From contig OZ024743.1 of assembly GCA_964016885.1 (NCBI GenBank), positions 17,422,001 to 17,486,000 on the forward strand: a stretch of DNA of 64,000 bases, read 5' to 3'. Numbering within the stretch: the stretch's first letter is position 1; every line of letters begins with the position of its first letter. The translations under genes were made by a program, and so were the position numbers. The notes under the pieces were generated by a model, which was not told the DNA's origin, did not search any database, and was given only the letters and a program-made list of their open reading frames with translations. Origin of the DNA: Eledone cirrhosa (Eukaryota). Shown piece by piece: positions 26,076 to 40,224 of this stretch.

Positions 26076-26842
26076 CATACATATATATATATATATATAC
26101 ATACATATATACATACACACACATACACATTTACAAGCAAACACGCATACATACACATACATACATACAAATAAGTACACATAAACGCATATGCACAAAC
26201 ACGCACTCGTTCGCACTCATACATGTGTCTATAGTATAAATGTAGTGGGACAAATTTTAATTTTAAATTTTAAATTTTAAACTGGGCCTGATAGAGGATA
26301 AAATAATTAATGTCACTATTAAGTTATTAATATTATCATCAAGTAATTAATTACTATTTATTATTTATTACTCATTCACTATTCGTTACCTATCTTTTAT
26401 CCCTTATCTATTCATTACCTAATCATTCACTCATAAATTAATAAATAAATGAATGAGTTAACTAACAAACAAACAAACAAACAGATAAACAAATAAACCA
26501 GTAAATAAGTAAATAAATAAACAAATAAATAAATAAATGGATAAATAAATAAATAAGTAAATAAAGTAACTAAATAAATAAATAAGTAAATAAATAAATA
26601 TACAGTTAAATAGATAAATAAATCATGAACGTGTGCGTGCAGCAGTTCATAACTGCGCGTCTGCAAACATGAGCAGGTATATACGTGAATTTCTGTGTGC
26701 GGCCACGGAACTTTACGCAGAGGCATACAACACAATATATAAGACCTGAAGGGGAGGAAAGAAGGTAATAATGAGAGATAGAGGGGAGGAAAGAGGGTAA
26801 TAATGACAGATGGAGGGACGAAATGGGATGAGTGTAGTTTGG

Positions 26843-27850
26843 TTAGATTTGTCTGGCGTCGGAACGAATGTGTGTGGGCGTCCAGCGAGTCTTAAAACTA
26901 TTAGAAGTCATCCCGATGTACGAGTTTCTTTTTTCATCGGGGCCTGAGAGTACATCGCATATATACACGAGATCTTTTTTTAGACAGTTGTTGTTGAGAG
27001 GGCAGGTCGTCTTATCAGGGCAATTGCAGTTGCTATCGGTTGCTGGATGGGCTTCGGAAAAAGTATACTTATTTAGCTTCTTGATGTTGTTGTTGGCTAA
27101 GTTTCTAGCTAGATTAGGTGTGGTAGAGTAAGAGAGTCTAATGGTATTCTTATTAAGGATAGTATAGTACCTATGTTGGGTGGGGAAGTATTTTTGTAAG
27201 AGAGTGAAGAACATTTTAGCTACAGGTGTTGAAACTTCACGGTTGAAGGGGGGGGGGGGGTTGTACCAGCTAATGTGCCTTCGCCTATTCTTCCTGGGTG
27301 GGCGTGGGGCTATAGTAAGGTAGGTGATCTTATCTCTAAAGCCGCTGCGGGCCAAGGCCTCGTTGTAATAGGGGGCTGCTGCTCTAAAGATATCTTCATT
27401 GGCGGCGAGGCTAGATATCCTAATGGAGACACTTTTTACTAGGTTGTCTAATATATTTTTGGGGTGGTTAGAATTAACGTCTATATATCTAAGGGATTCA
27501 TTTGGTTTGTGGTACGGGTAGTAAAGAGAAGTTTCTAAGTCGAGGGTAACGTCTAGGAAGTTAGCTTTAGTTAAGTTCGAATCTAAGGTAATCCTAAGGC
27601 CTAAGTTTTTAAAGAAGGTGTAAAGGTTTTTCCTGAACCCATCCGTTGTCGTGGGGTTGAATTTGTGGAGAGCAAAGAGGCCGTCATCTCGGTAGAGACC
27701 GCCGGAGAGGCCTGTGAAGAGGGTCTTCAACCTGTGGAGGATGAACAGACCCACAAGTTCACTAATTTCAGCTGAGTCGTTAGCACCCATGCTAACGTCG
27801 AAGGGGGTCTCAGATTTGTTGTTGATCCAGTGGGATCTGTCATGGTAAAG
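26843..27850 (-). pseudogene. PLE reverse transcriptase C-terminal half, thumb and start of GIY-YIG (5'-truncated, frameshifted)
   Basis: FDVSMGANDSAEISELVG, LYRDDG, FLDVTL, PYHKPN..LRYIDVNSNHP, WYNPP, CNC...CPL..NC...LVYIC...YIGMT. Confidence 0.9.
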
Positions 27851-29074
27851 ACGTTACCCTCGACTTAGAAACTTCCCTTTACTACCCGTACCACAAACCT
27901 AATGAATCCCTTAGATATATAGATGTTAATTCTAACCACCCCAAAAATATATTAGACAACCTAGTAAAAAGTGTCTCCATTAGGATATCTAGCCTCGCCG
28001 CCAATTAATATATCTTTAGAGCAGCAGCCCCCTATTACAACGAGGCCTTGGCCCGCAGCGGCTTTAGAGATAAGATCACCTACCTTACTATAGCCCCACG
28101 CCCACCCAGGAAGAATAGGCGAAGGCACATTAGCTGGTACAACCCCCCCTTCAACCGAGAACTTTCAACACCTGTAGCTAAAATGTTCTTCACTCTCTTA
28201 CAAAAATACTTCCCCACCCAACATAGGTACTATACTATCCTTAATAAGAATACCATTAGACTCTCTTACTACCTCACCTAATTTAGCTAGAAACTTAGCC
28301 AACAACAACATCAAGAAGCTAAATAAGTCTACTGTCCCCTCCCCCCTTCCCATTTCCGTCCCTCCATCTCTCATTATTACCCTCTTTCCTCCCCTGCTAT
28401 CTCTCATTATTACCTTCTTTCCTCCCCTCCAGGTCTTATATATTGTGTTGTATGCCTCTGAGTAAAGTTCCGTGGCCGCACACAGAAATTCACGTATATA
28501 CCTGCTCATGTTTGCATACGCGCAGTTATGAACTGCTGCACGCACACGTTCATGATTTATTTATCTATTTAACTGTATATTTATTTATTTATTTATTTAG
28601 TTACTTTATTTACTTATTTATTTATTTATCCATTTATTTATTTATTTGTTTATTTATTTACTTATTTACTGGTTTATTTGTTTATCTGTTTGTTTGTTTG
28701 TTTGTTAGTTAACTCATTCATTTATTTATTAATTTATGAGTGAATGATTAGGTAATGAATAGATAAGGGATAACAGATAGGTAACGAATAGTGAATGGTA
28801 AATAGTAAGTAATAAATAATAAATAGTAATTAATTACTTGATGATATTAATAACTTAATAGTGACATTAATTATTGTATCCTCTATCAGGCCCAGTTTAA
28901 AATTTTAAAATTTATAATTAAAATTTGTCCCACTACCTTTATACTATAGACACATGTATGAGTGCGAACGAGTGCGTGTTTGTGCATATGCGTCTATGTG
29001 TACTTATTTGTATGTATGTATGTGTATGTATGCGTGTTTGCTTGTAAATGTGTATGTGTGTGTATGTATATATG

Positions 29075-29165
<91 letters not shown>

Positions 29166-29208
29166 ATGTGTATAGGTATATATATATATATATATATGTG
29201 TATACATA

Positions 29209-29249
<41 letters not shown>

Positions 29250-30073
29250 ATGTGTATGCGCACGCGTGTATGTGTAGATATATATGTGTGTATGTGTATG
29301 CGTGTGTGTGTGTGTATATTTGTGTGTGTGTATATTTGTGTGTTTGTGTTTTTCTTGTGTATAAATGTATATATGTGTATGTATGTATGTGTGTGTGTGT
29401 GTATACGTATGTCTGTGTATGTGTATGTGTATACGCACACATATGTGTGTGTGTGTGTATATATATATATATGTATATATGAATATATATATGTGTATGT
29501 GTGTGAATGTGTAGGTGTGCACACACATACACATATATATGTATATATGTATATATATATATATGGGCATATATGTGTGTGTAAGTGTTTAAATATATGT
29601 GTGTGTAAGTGTTTTTGTATGTGGTTGTGAGTAAGTAAATATATTTTATTCTTTCCATCCTACAAAAACACTCTGGCCACCTGTGGCTTGTATGTTAACT
29701 TGATCACTCACCCCAGCCCGTGCCATGATTCGGTCTTGTTAAATGTTTAATTTTTATTACCAACCCACCTAAATTTCCCTACTATATATCTGTTGAATTA
29801 CTATTCTTGGGGTTTTTATTCATTTATTTATTTTTATTTATTTTTTTTTATTTTTTTATCTATTTATTCTTTTATCTATTTATTCATTTATTTATTTATT
29901 TACTTATTTATTTATTTCAAAAAAGCACTCTGGCTAATTGACCACTCCCCAAAGAAAAAACGGCCTGTGCCATGAAGTGGTCCTGTGTATCTAAATACCC
30001 CCCCCCCCCCTACCACCACCCCTCCCTTACCACTACCAAAATGTATAAATACCAGAACTTAATATGACACCCA

Positions 30074-30122
30074 GCTTCCTGAAGATTTCATCTGAATGAA
30101 ACAGTACTAGTCCTGTAGAAGC
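30074..30122 (+). ncRNA. Type I hammerhead, family D (mirror copy at ~24945-24993 decayed, GCAA)
   Basis: GCTTC-CTGAAGA-T-TTCA(tc)TGAA-T-GAAA-CAG(tactagtc)CTG-TA-GAAGC. Confidence 0.75.
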
Positions 30123-30228
30123 TCCTTCTATAAAATAAAAACATTTTACTCTGCCATGTAATGAGTACCTTACTTACTGTGGTTATCCCCGACTCAACCC
30201 GGGACCTACGTATATATACATATATATA

Positions 30229-30422
30229 GTTTTAATATAGATGAGATTCTACAGGACTAGAACTGTTTCATTCTTTAGAAATCATCATGATTTCTGATGA
30301 TTTCTAAAGAATGAAACAGTTGTAGTCCTGTAGAATCTCATCTATATTAAAACTGTTATACTCTGCAACGTATTGAGTACCTTACTTACTGTGGTTACCT
30401 CCGATTCAACCCGGAATAACGT
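30229..30422 (+). mobile_element. Mini fold-back insertion of family D with hammerhead at 30289-30337
   Basis: GATTT-CTGATGA-T-TTCT(aa)AGAA-T-GAAA-CAG...CTG-TA-GAATC, preceded by its own truncated inverse; tail tgagtaccttacttactgtgg shared with 30160-30210 and 48490-48541. Confidence 0.8.
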
Positions 30423-30439
30423 ATATATATATATATATA

Positions 30440-31345
30440 TATGTATACGTACATACATATATGTATACAGACGTACAGTATTATGTATATACATATACAT
30501 ACTTGCACACATATATATATATATATATACGTACGTATGGATTCACCGAACATTTATTATAATGCTCGGTGTGTTTGTAAACAAACATCTCGAATTAAGC
30601 CGTACAGTGTCTAGCAACCATCGTTGCTCATTTGTTCAACACTGACAAAGGAACGGTGTACTAGTTTCAAGCATATTAGCTATCGTCATCAACGTGTACC
30701 TTCCTGCCAGATGATTGAACGTCTGAAAATATTTACTTTCCTTATTCATATTAACGGCTGAGCAGCCTAATTTGCATATCGAGTGAGTTAATCGGCCGGG
30801 CATACCGACAACGATAAACGGAAAAAATGAAACCAAATTACATTTCTCACTCTTAGTACGGCTGTTACTTAAATATAAGTATACATACGTACATACATAT
30901 ATATAGAGAGACGTATACCGGTATGTCAGGGCGATTAACACACTCGATATGCAAATTAGGCTGCTCAGCCCTTAATATGCATAAGGAAAGTATATATTTT
31001 CAGACGTTCAATCATCTGGCAGGAAGGTATACGTTGCTGACGATAGCTAATGAGCTTGAATCTAGTACACCGTTCCTTTGTTAGTGTTGAACAAATTAGC
31101 AAAGATGGTTGCAAGACACTGTACGGCTTAATTCGGTATGTTCGTTTACAAACCCACCGAGCATTATAATAACTGTTCGGTGAATCCATACGTACATATA
31201 TATATATGTGTGCATGTATGTATATATATATACATACTACTGTACGTCTGTATACATTTATGTATGTACATATACATACTTATATTTAAGTCACATCCGT
31301 ACTAAGAGTGAGAAATGAACTTTCGTTTTATATTTTCCGTTTATA
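30440..31345. mobile_element. Fold-back non-coding insertion with paired minimal hammerheads (30653-30695 minus, 31031-31073 plus)
   Basis: 30445-30787 is inverted at 30940-31265; consensus ACGTTG-CTGACGA-TAGC...GCTT-GAAA-CTAG-TA-CACCGT; each copy carries a different single core mutation. Confidence 0.75.
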
Positions 31346-31365
31346 TATATATATATATATATATA

Positions 31366-32683
31366 CATGGTGAGGACGATATTTGTCGCAATTTTCAACT
31401 GCTAATTTGATGCAATTTTCTTTTACTTCCGCTGTCACATTGTTGGAATCCGCGCCGGGAGGACAAATAAGGAAATGTCCGCCTTCATAAAACAATGACT
31501 ACATTTACATTATTTATTTTCAGAATGATTGATTATGAATAATTTTGAACCTCCAAATTTGTGGAAGAGACACGGAGTTCTTCTTGGAATCCGCGCCGGG
31601 AGGACAAATAAGGAAATTTCCGACTTTCTCAGCGTCAGCAGGAGAATGGTGGAAAAGGTCAGAAAGGAATTGGAAGATTCAGGATTCGACTACGCAACAG
31701 CATCAGAGAGGAAAACACATGATCGACGATCTGACGCCTGCTGAACGCCCGAGTTCGTCGCTGAAGTTCAGGATATCATCAACAATGAACCTAGCAAGTC
31801 GATGCGTGCCATTACAAGGGAGAAAAGCGTGGATGAAAAGATCATTAGGCAGGTGGTACATGAAGACATTTGCTACGTTTCATACAAGATGATGAAAGGA
31901 CAATTTCTGTCAAAGGCGATGCAAGAAAAGCGACTGAAGCACGCAAAGAAGCTGATCAACAAGTTGAAACACCCACTGGACCCAGGCATGCTGCGGTTTT
32001 TCTCCGACATGAAACACTTCTGCCAAGACCAGAAGATCAACTCCCAGAGAAACAGTTTGTTCGCTGCCTCATCCAAAGACGTGCCCAGAGTCATGCAGAC
32101 AAAGTTTCCAGCGACAACATTGGTCTTAGGTGTCGTCAGCATCAAGGTGACGTCATGCCACCTCACCTCTTCCGTGAGGGCCTCAAGCTGAACACCGATG
32201 GCTACATTCGCGGTCTGAGCGAGGTAGTAAAGCCCTGGATCGACCAGGTAGCTGCAGTTAGGCCGTACATGCCATACCAGCCGAAAGACCCAAGACTGGC
32301 TGTCAGAGAACTTCGTCGACCACACTTCACCTGACATCTGGCCTGCCAGCTCGCCTGAGTGCAACACCTTCGACTTTTTTATGTGAGGCGCAGTGGAACA
32401 AGACACCAACAGATCTAGCTGCAATACGAAAGAAGATCTGAATGCCATGATCACAAGTGCCTTTAGGGCCTAAGTCAAGGGATAGTGACGAAGGCCTGAA
32501 GCCGCTTCTGAGGCCGCCTTGAGGCCGTCATCAACGCCAATGGCGGGTTTATCGAGTAAGATCGAAAGAACAAGTCATGAAGACAAACTGACCCAAATTT
32601 GATAAATAAATCTTAAAAAATAAAACTACTGTGTTATTTCTTCCTAGACATTAATCTTGCGAACAAATATCGTTCGCACCCTG
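31366..32683 (+). mobile_element. Full-length but inactivated Tc1/mariner transposon (maT/DD37D-like)
   Basis: ~27 bp TIRs (caNggtgNgNacgatatttgt..cgcaa), TA flanks; transposase remnants with HTH, FFSD, VLGVVS and WPASSPECNTFDFF; stops and frameshifts. Confidence 0.9.
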
Positions 32684-33370
32684 TATATATATAAATTGCG
32701 TGTGCATAACCAGTTCAGTACGTTTCTGCTGTCTTTCTATTTTTGCATTTTAATTATAAATCTGGTGTCGAATGGTGAAGCTGTCTGGTTAGTTAAATTG
32801 TAGTTTTCTAGATTTTCTCCCGTTATCAGCTGTCTTCCGCTAATAGACGCCTGTGAAATACAGGAGTATACTACATGCATAAATCCTTTGTACCAATAAC
32901 GTGTATCCTCCATACAAATACAAATAGTAGGCATATTTCTAACCACCTTCTTGGTTCACTGGAGCAGAAATGGATTCTAGATACTCAATTGTTAGCCGAC
33001 CGTAAAATGAAATTTCAATTATCAAGTGATACAAAAGTGGTGGTTTACATACGGTAAAAGGAAGCCATGCAGCTTACATTTAATGAAACATTTAAATTTG
33101 TGATTTTCCCGTAGCCACTACCTTGAGTTATTGTTGGTTAGAATTGACGTTTGTATATAAAGTTGCATCTGGTTTATGTATGTATCTAGACATACATTTA
33201 TATATGAACATAAATGTATAAACAAAATTGTAAATAGTTACAAGTGTCAAAATGTGCTAGTGTGTTTGTGTGTGTGTGTATGTGTGGTTGTCTGGTTGTG
33301 TGTGTGTGTGTGTATGTATGTATGTGTATGTGCGTGCATCTGGGTTTGTCACTCTCATATTATATATTTA

Positions 33371-33512
33371 GGTGGATTAGCAGTATCGGTAGAGGGTCAG
33401 ACGCCATACTTAGCAGAAAAGTGTTACGTTCTGTTACAATCTGTGTTAAAATCCCGCAGATGTAAGATGAAGTACCAGTAATTGCTGGCCTTATGTCAAA
33501 AGTAGAAACGAT
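33371..33512 (+). mobile_element. Internally deleted SINE copy
   Basis: gcagtatcggtagagggtcagacgccat head and gtaccagt...ttgctggcctt...agtagaaac tail match the other copies. Confidence 0.7.
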
Positions 33513-33729
33513 TATATATTTAGTGCTATGTTATGACGTGAAAGGTTCTTATTTTGCTGAGTTCTGGAATCCGAATTATTACATTAATTTTGAGGAGGCA
33601 TGAAGATCACAGATATGAAATATAGATAATAATACGGTTATATTTTAATTGTTACTTCGCTCAACTTCTAACGCTAGAGATTTGTTACCGTGTTAGCTGT
33701 TCACTACCAGTGAAATGAGGTAACACCCC

Positions 33730-36230
33730 TTTATTTTTTGAGAGCTCTCCTGAGTACTTGAGCTGTTCTACGCAATGCTATTTTTTATAACTGTTCTATT
33801 CATATTGCAATCCCTATTTGTTTATGCATTTCTCAAGATCTTTAATCACCAGAGTATACGAGGTTGTCCAAGCAATTTTCTTTTCTGTAAGTTTTCTATC
33901 CGGATTGCAATCCCTATTTGTTTAATGCGCTTCTTGAGATCTATACTCACCGTTCCTAAGACTACTACTTCTATTGGCATTGTCTCCGCGCTCTTAGTGA
34001 CTACAACTGCTTGACATCCCTGTCATATCTTTCACTTTTCCTTCTTTATTACATACTTTGATTTACGCTGAATATGGTGTATATATCTTCCAACCCTATC
34101 CTACTTTCTTTCTCAATTAATGCAGTATCTGGTTTCCTATGCTTAATTTACTTGTCACACTATGTCACAAAGTCCCACAGTATCTTTGAATTTGTATTTT
34201 AGATAACGCTTTCAGGAGTATGTTCGTACTATGTTTCTGCTTTGTGAAGTGTATATTTGCCAAAAATCCCAAATGAACTCTCTATTCTAAGTTGTTGTGA
34301 CGTCAATCATATTCCTTTTGAGTTAATGATAGATATTGAAAAGTGATATGCGCTACAGTTTCTCCATTTTTACCACAAATTCTACAACCACCATTTTCTA
34401 CCCTGTGGTCTACTCTCTGCATCATTTAGTTAATTCTTAATCTTTGTTCTTGAGCAGTACAGATTAAGGATTCTATTTCCGGTTTTATTTCACATTTAGT
34501 CATCCATAACCACTTTTGTTTGTGTCTGTCCTAACTTCAAAATCTGTATGTCCATACATTCTTTTGTTCTGTACATCTTATCTCAGTTTAATCAATCTTC
34601 AAATGTTTGTACTGTGTGTTTTCTTTGCAATCAACCCTATACTTCTTACCTCCAGCAACAGCAGTTCTATGGAATGTTGTAAGTACCATACAATGTTATT
34701 TCCTTCTGATCTACTACTGTTTTGCACCCAATCAGTCTTCTTCCTCTGCTTTTCTTCGTATATTTTAACTGCAGGTGTCGCTCTTTCAGAGAAATACCCC
34801 ATATATAACCAATAACTTATTTTTCGTTCAATCTAAATTCTCTATATTTTCTACTGTCCACCAGATTATATCCGCCCAATATCTAAGGAGTGATAATGCC
34901 CATTTATCGATAGCTTCCACCATATTCAGTTTGGATTCGAGTACAAGTCTCAATCTGCGCATGTATTCCACCTTGATTTATTTTGCATTTCTTCCTAAAT
35001 TTCCTTAACTTCCAATATCCTCATTAAATATAACCGCCCTCTTCTATTTGCTTCATCACTTTTCCTGATGGCAGTACCAAACTCTCAATGCTTTTATATT
35101 TTGCCACTGCTCAATATTAACAAACCACCCAATTTCAATCCAAACTCCATTCTGGAGTTTTGAACTTATACCCAGATTTACTTTTTTCTCAATATACATT
35201 GATCTTGTAGCCTTGAATATCATCAATTCCCCAAGACTTGCAGTTACTCCTCATTTTGTGCTTGGCTTCCTTCATGTCCGTAACTGAAATGCCTAGTTCT
35301 GCCTGCTGTGAACAAACTGTTGTTTGCTTAAATGCATCTATCCATTCATCGTCCTTCTTGTGTTCCTTCTCTTTACTCCAAATGTTTGTTTAAGACATTT
35401 GATTTTCAATGTTATCCGGTTTAGACAATTCATCTATACAATCTGTTTATTTCTGGTAAATGTTTTTGCTATAAGAATTTGCCAATGTTCTTCCATTATT
35501 ACTTTTAGGTCTTTCTTTCAAAGCCATGCTTTTATCCAGTTCTCTATTTGTTTGGCATTTCTAAGCTCAACTTTCTCTTTTCTAACTAAGACAGAAATGT
35601 TATTAAAGACGTTATCTATACTGGCCTGTATTCTCATTTTCAAGCCTGGCTCTTTTTCTTTGGTCTCTCTTATATTTTTCTTTGCCTTGGCATCTACACT
35701 CATATCTTCTTCTACAGCAATATTTGACTTATATTATAAGGCCATTTGTTTCGGTGGTATTATGTGCTGATTTATTTCAGAATTTCATTCTTCTCACATA
35801 TTTTTCATGGTTTAGTTTGCAATGGTCTAATTTGTTTCTGTTGTAAATAAGGTGCATATTTTCCAACTGTAGTCTTGATTTTTTTTCTGCCGTACATTGC
35901 CTTCATTTCACCTGTCATGTGTTCATTAATGTCATTGTCTCCCATACAATCTAAATTTCTTTCACCAGACACACCAACTGTACTCAGTTTCAGCGGGTTA
36001 CCTGAAATCTCTTCACACTTGTCCTCTGCTGTAATTTTAGCTTACATCAGAAAGATATGCAGTTCCACCATTTCTTTCACTGCTGTTTCCTGGTACGCGT
36101 CTTTTGAAATCTTCGAATTCGATATCTGTAAATTGGCTTGGTCACATAACTTCTCTCGGAGTTGAAACAAGTCTCTTTCTCTCCATTTTGTTATGCATTC
36201 GTTGTCGGTAACCTTTTAGAGAGACCCCAG
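33730..36230 (-). mobile_element. Degraded non-LTR retrotransposon with restriction-like endonuclease (R4/Dong-like)
   Basis: Minus-strand remnants ESLICTAQEQ, CRICGKNGETVAHI (CCHC), RHN, KILWDF...HRKPDT, terminal ALRRTAQVLRRAL; many stops; most of RT missing. Confidence 0.75.
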
Positions 36231-37103
36231 TTCGGGCTTACATCTTATACCTAAAAATAATTCGATATCAAGACACCACTTTAGGGGTTTAATCCTATTG
36301 AAATGTTAAACATAATTTTTTATGGATGTCAACATGTTAACATGTATAACATAATCAGAAAAGGAAAGAGCAGTAGATTTTCCCTTAGAGAGGCAACGAT
36401 ATTTCGCCTGTAAAAACCGAAAATGTTGATTGAGGACAGCGACGGCCAGGCATCAAACGAAATAGGAATGGATAAAAACACAATGAATGATATTTCAAAC
36501 AATATGGTTTTGAATAGCAGAATGGGAATAGCAACAACAGGAAGAAAGTGACAATTAACCACAATAAAGATAATGACAACTACAACACCATTTAGAGTTG
36601 CAATACAAGCGAATTGACAGAAATGAAAATTACTGTACATGAAAGAAAAAAAAAACCTCCTCTTTCCAAAAACCAATTGGAGATCAGCAATGAGCCATCC
36701 GGCAAACAGACGAAACATGCCAGCACTCATGGTAAGATATATTTAGCTATTTCTAAAAAATACTTTTTCCGAATAGGGAAAATATCATGAGAAAGAATTA
36801 CAATAGGGTAGACAGCTGGTGGAAGAAGCCTGCCTTATTGTTAGCCACAGCTCTGTTGTCTCCATCCAATACGTAGCGAATGATTGACAGTAATTTTGAT
36901 CTTAAATCAGGGAAAGTGGAAAGAGCGTAGATATTCAAATTCAAATATCTTTAGGTTTCGTGTGGGGCCTAAATATTTACATTTGAATTTAATGCATGCA
37001 AGATATGAGGCAGGTCTATCTTCACGCCTTCATAGTCAACTTATGCACAATTATTTTCAGCCAACCAAAGTACCTATATATATATATATATATATATATA
37101 AAG

Positions 37104-37140
<37 letters not shown>

Positions 37141-37944
37141 ATGAGAGAAAGAGAGAGAGATAGATCGTACCAGTGGAACGAATCCAAATATACTTTTCTT
37201 AGCAATGTAACGTTTCACCGAGGCTAATTAACGGACGCCGAATAAATTAATTACAATATGAGTTATAGGAAATTAATAACTAAGTTTGATTGAAATTTAC
37301 TCTTACTGGCATTTACACGCACGTTATAATATATTATAGTACTTTAAGCTACATCTGCATTTAATCGCAATATATATATTTGAATGCCTCTCCGTTACAT
37401 TTGTAGAAAACTAATCAATAGGAAAGAATAAGTCCACTCGAAAGTTACTATAATATTACATATGAATGTATGTAATGCCTTAAAACGAATAGTTAATTTG
37501 TTTAGTCTGAGTCGATTTGGTTTTTCGTCGCCTCCTAGCAACATGGAGACATGCTAAAGCTATATGTCTTTGTCTGTGTGTTTATGTGTATGAAGTAATA
37601 AGTGTATATTCAAGCGCATTATAATTGTGTTTAAACATTTATATTCATCATGATTAACTAGAGGTTCGGTTATTCCTAATATATACATTCGAATATAAAA
37701 TCCGTTGCGATCACTTTTATTCTTCTGTGTCAATAAAACAAAGTACCAGTAATATACGTAGCTCGATTTATTCAACTTTCCTCTCACTATAATTTTCGTC
37801 CTTTCATTTAAATTAAGCATCCTTATGTATAAATTAGAATCACTATTGACTAGCGGCAAGAATGGATGTTGATGCAGGTTGTGAGGATGGATTTTCAAAG
37901 ACGATAGTTTTAGATAGAATTGAGTTCTCTGGCTCAGCAACACC

Positions 37945-39660
37945 ATTCATATTTATACAAATGAAATTAAGTACAAAAACTTTTAATGTGTGGTTTTATA
38001 TTGGTAAAATTGTTTCGGATATCAAGTATATGACCGTACATCCATGACATCTTAGAATATAGGGGGCATATTTAGTCTTAGTATCAGATATTTGCATACA
38101 GAATTTTAGGTTTAAAGATAGCATTAAAGTAAGGCTTCTGATTCAGGGTTAGGAATTAATCAACATGAGATTTTACTGATAGGATTCACAGGTCCGTTTC
38201 GGTTTTTACGCCTCACGTTTTTTTTGGAATGGAACATAAATGGTTGGGAAATATATAATGAATTTATAAGGCATGTTTCTGTCTTATTCTTATATTTATC
38301 TTTACAAAATCTTACTTACCAGGTTTAATGCAGTAGAATCAGAAACCAAATTCAAAAACATCAACATTTTGAACGATATATGGTAATTGAAAAACACCGT
38401 TATAGTTTCCCTTGATATTTTATGAATTTAATAATTGCATATATCATATATATTTATGTAACATATTCTCATATCGAATACATTTACTTCAATTAATTTT
38501 TGGTAATATATAAAAAGCGATGAGATATTGCAGAATGTTGTTTCATTCGATTAGCAATCGCACAAGCATGAAATGCGTTAGGCACAAAATTATCATTTAT
38601 GGAATAGAGTTATATATACAAAATGTGCTGTATTTGAAACAATATTGGAATATTACCTAACGGTGTCAAACATGCAAGAGACTAACGGTTTTAGTCTATG
38701 AAGGATTAACCGAAGTTCAAATATGGTAACTAATATATGTAACCACTGGAAAATACAAGAGAGAGCGATACCACGTTTTCTAAATTAGAACAGTCTGCGA
38801 ATCAGTGTTGTAACAAACATTTCCAGAAGTACTCTTCTGAATGCCCTAAGTGCTTGCATTAGAAATTATATTACAATATATTTTAACAAGTATTAACATA
38901 TAGTCGTTTCGACGAAATGATATCTGATTAAGCTCATTTATGATTATATTTGGAGGATGATATTCGTACTGGATATGTAGTGAGAACGTATTTTAGGATA
39001 CATTCTTCTGCATTCAAAGGATGTATGTTGTCGCAACTTAATTTAGCTACTATATTAATTATAAATACAGACAGTTGCAGGACCTACACTCAGTTATCTG
39101 GGGCATAATAATCGGTCCTAATTAATAACGCACTTCATAATTCCGACCATTTAACACTCAATATTTTTGAAATGATTATTTATTTAGTCATGCAGACGAC
39201 TAATATCAAAAATAATTTCATTAATTGTTTCTACTTTAGGCACAAGGCCAGCAATCACCCAGTGCATTACTGGTACTTTATTTTATCGACCCCGTAAGGA
39301 TGAAAGGCAAAGTCAACCTCGGCGGGATTTTCATTAATGATATATATTTGTATATCAAATCCCGCTCGAATTGCAGGCGAAATGTGTGAAACGGATAAGT
39401 ACAACGAAACAATATTCATATTTATACAAATGAAATTAAACATATGAACTTTTAATGTGTGGTTTTATATTAGTAAACTTGTTCGGGTATCAAGGATGTG
39501 ACCGTATATCCTTCGGAGTTTAGAATGTAGGGTGCATGTTTAGCCTTAGTATCAGATATTTGCAGTTAGAATTTTAGGTTTGACGTTGAAATTAATTTGG
39601 GAAAACTTGTGATTCAGGGTTAGGAATTAATCAACATAAGAACATTTTAGTGTTAGGATT
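37945..39660. repeat. Diverged ~245 bp local direct repeat (37945-38190 and 39414-39660)
   Basis: attcatatttatacaaatgaaattaa...gattcagggttaggaattaatcaacat present in both. Confidence 0.8.
39225..39330 (-). mobile_element. 5'-truncated SINE
   Basis: SINE core; truncated at the B-box. Confidence 0.85.
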
Positions 39661-40057
39661 CGCGATTCCGAAAGGTACAATGAAAGTTATATTGCGAGGA
39701 AGAGACTATTACTCATGTGTTAATTCATATTTGATTTGAATAATATAATTTCTTTGAATCGAAGCAAATATAACTTTTCCTTGTTGGAAAAATATGGATG
39801 TTAACTAGGTTGGTTCCCATCATATTAATTATTTAAGAAGAAGATGTAGTATTTCGATTTCCGTTTGAGATCATATGTTCCATAACGTCTGAAATATACG
39901 AAATTAATAATAGTATTTCCCTAAATATATATATATGCATAATAAAACTTTAAGATAGACTCGATTTAGTGAGACAAATACACATATACACACTTTTACG
40001 TATATATATTTGTATATATATATGTGCATATAAATATTTGTATATATATATAAATAT

Positions 40058-40162
<105 letters not shown>

Positions 40163-40173
40163 TAACAGATTAA

Positions 40174-40224
40174 AGTTTAAGCAAATAATCGCTGCTTTCA
40201 CCCTTAAAGGGATCTTCTGAAACT
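40174..40224 (-). ncRNA. Hammerhead-like motif, family G, with variant core CAGAAGA
   Basis: AGTTT-CAGAAGA-T-CCCT(tta)AGGG-T-GAAA-GCA...TGC-TT-AAACT in a ~125 bp insertion between (TA)n tracts. Confidence 0.6.

Larger units (their letters stand above)
24935..30210. mobile_element. Large (~5.3 kb) fold-back PLE insertion in (TA)n
   Basis: 27851-28330 is the reverse complement of ~27060-27552; 28350-30140 is the reverse complement of 24935-26828; HHR near both outer ends. Confidence 0.9.

Noticed and set aside
36340-36737. Possible plus-strand exon ending ATG|GTAAGA
   Set aside because: Frames are interrupted by stops and no product is recognisable
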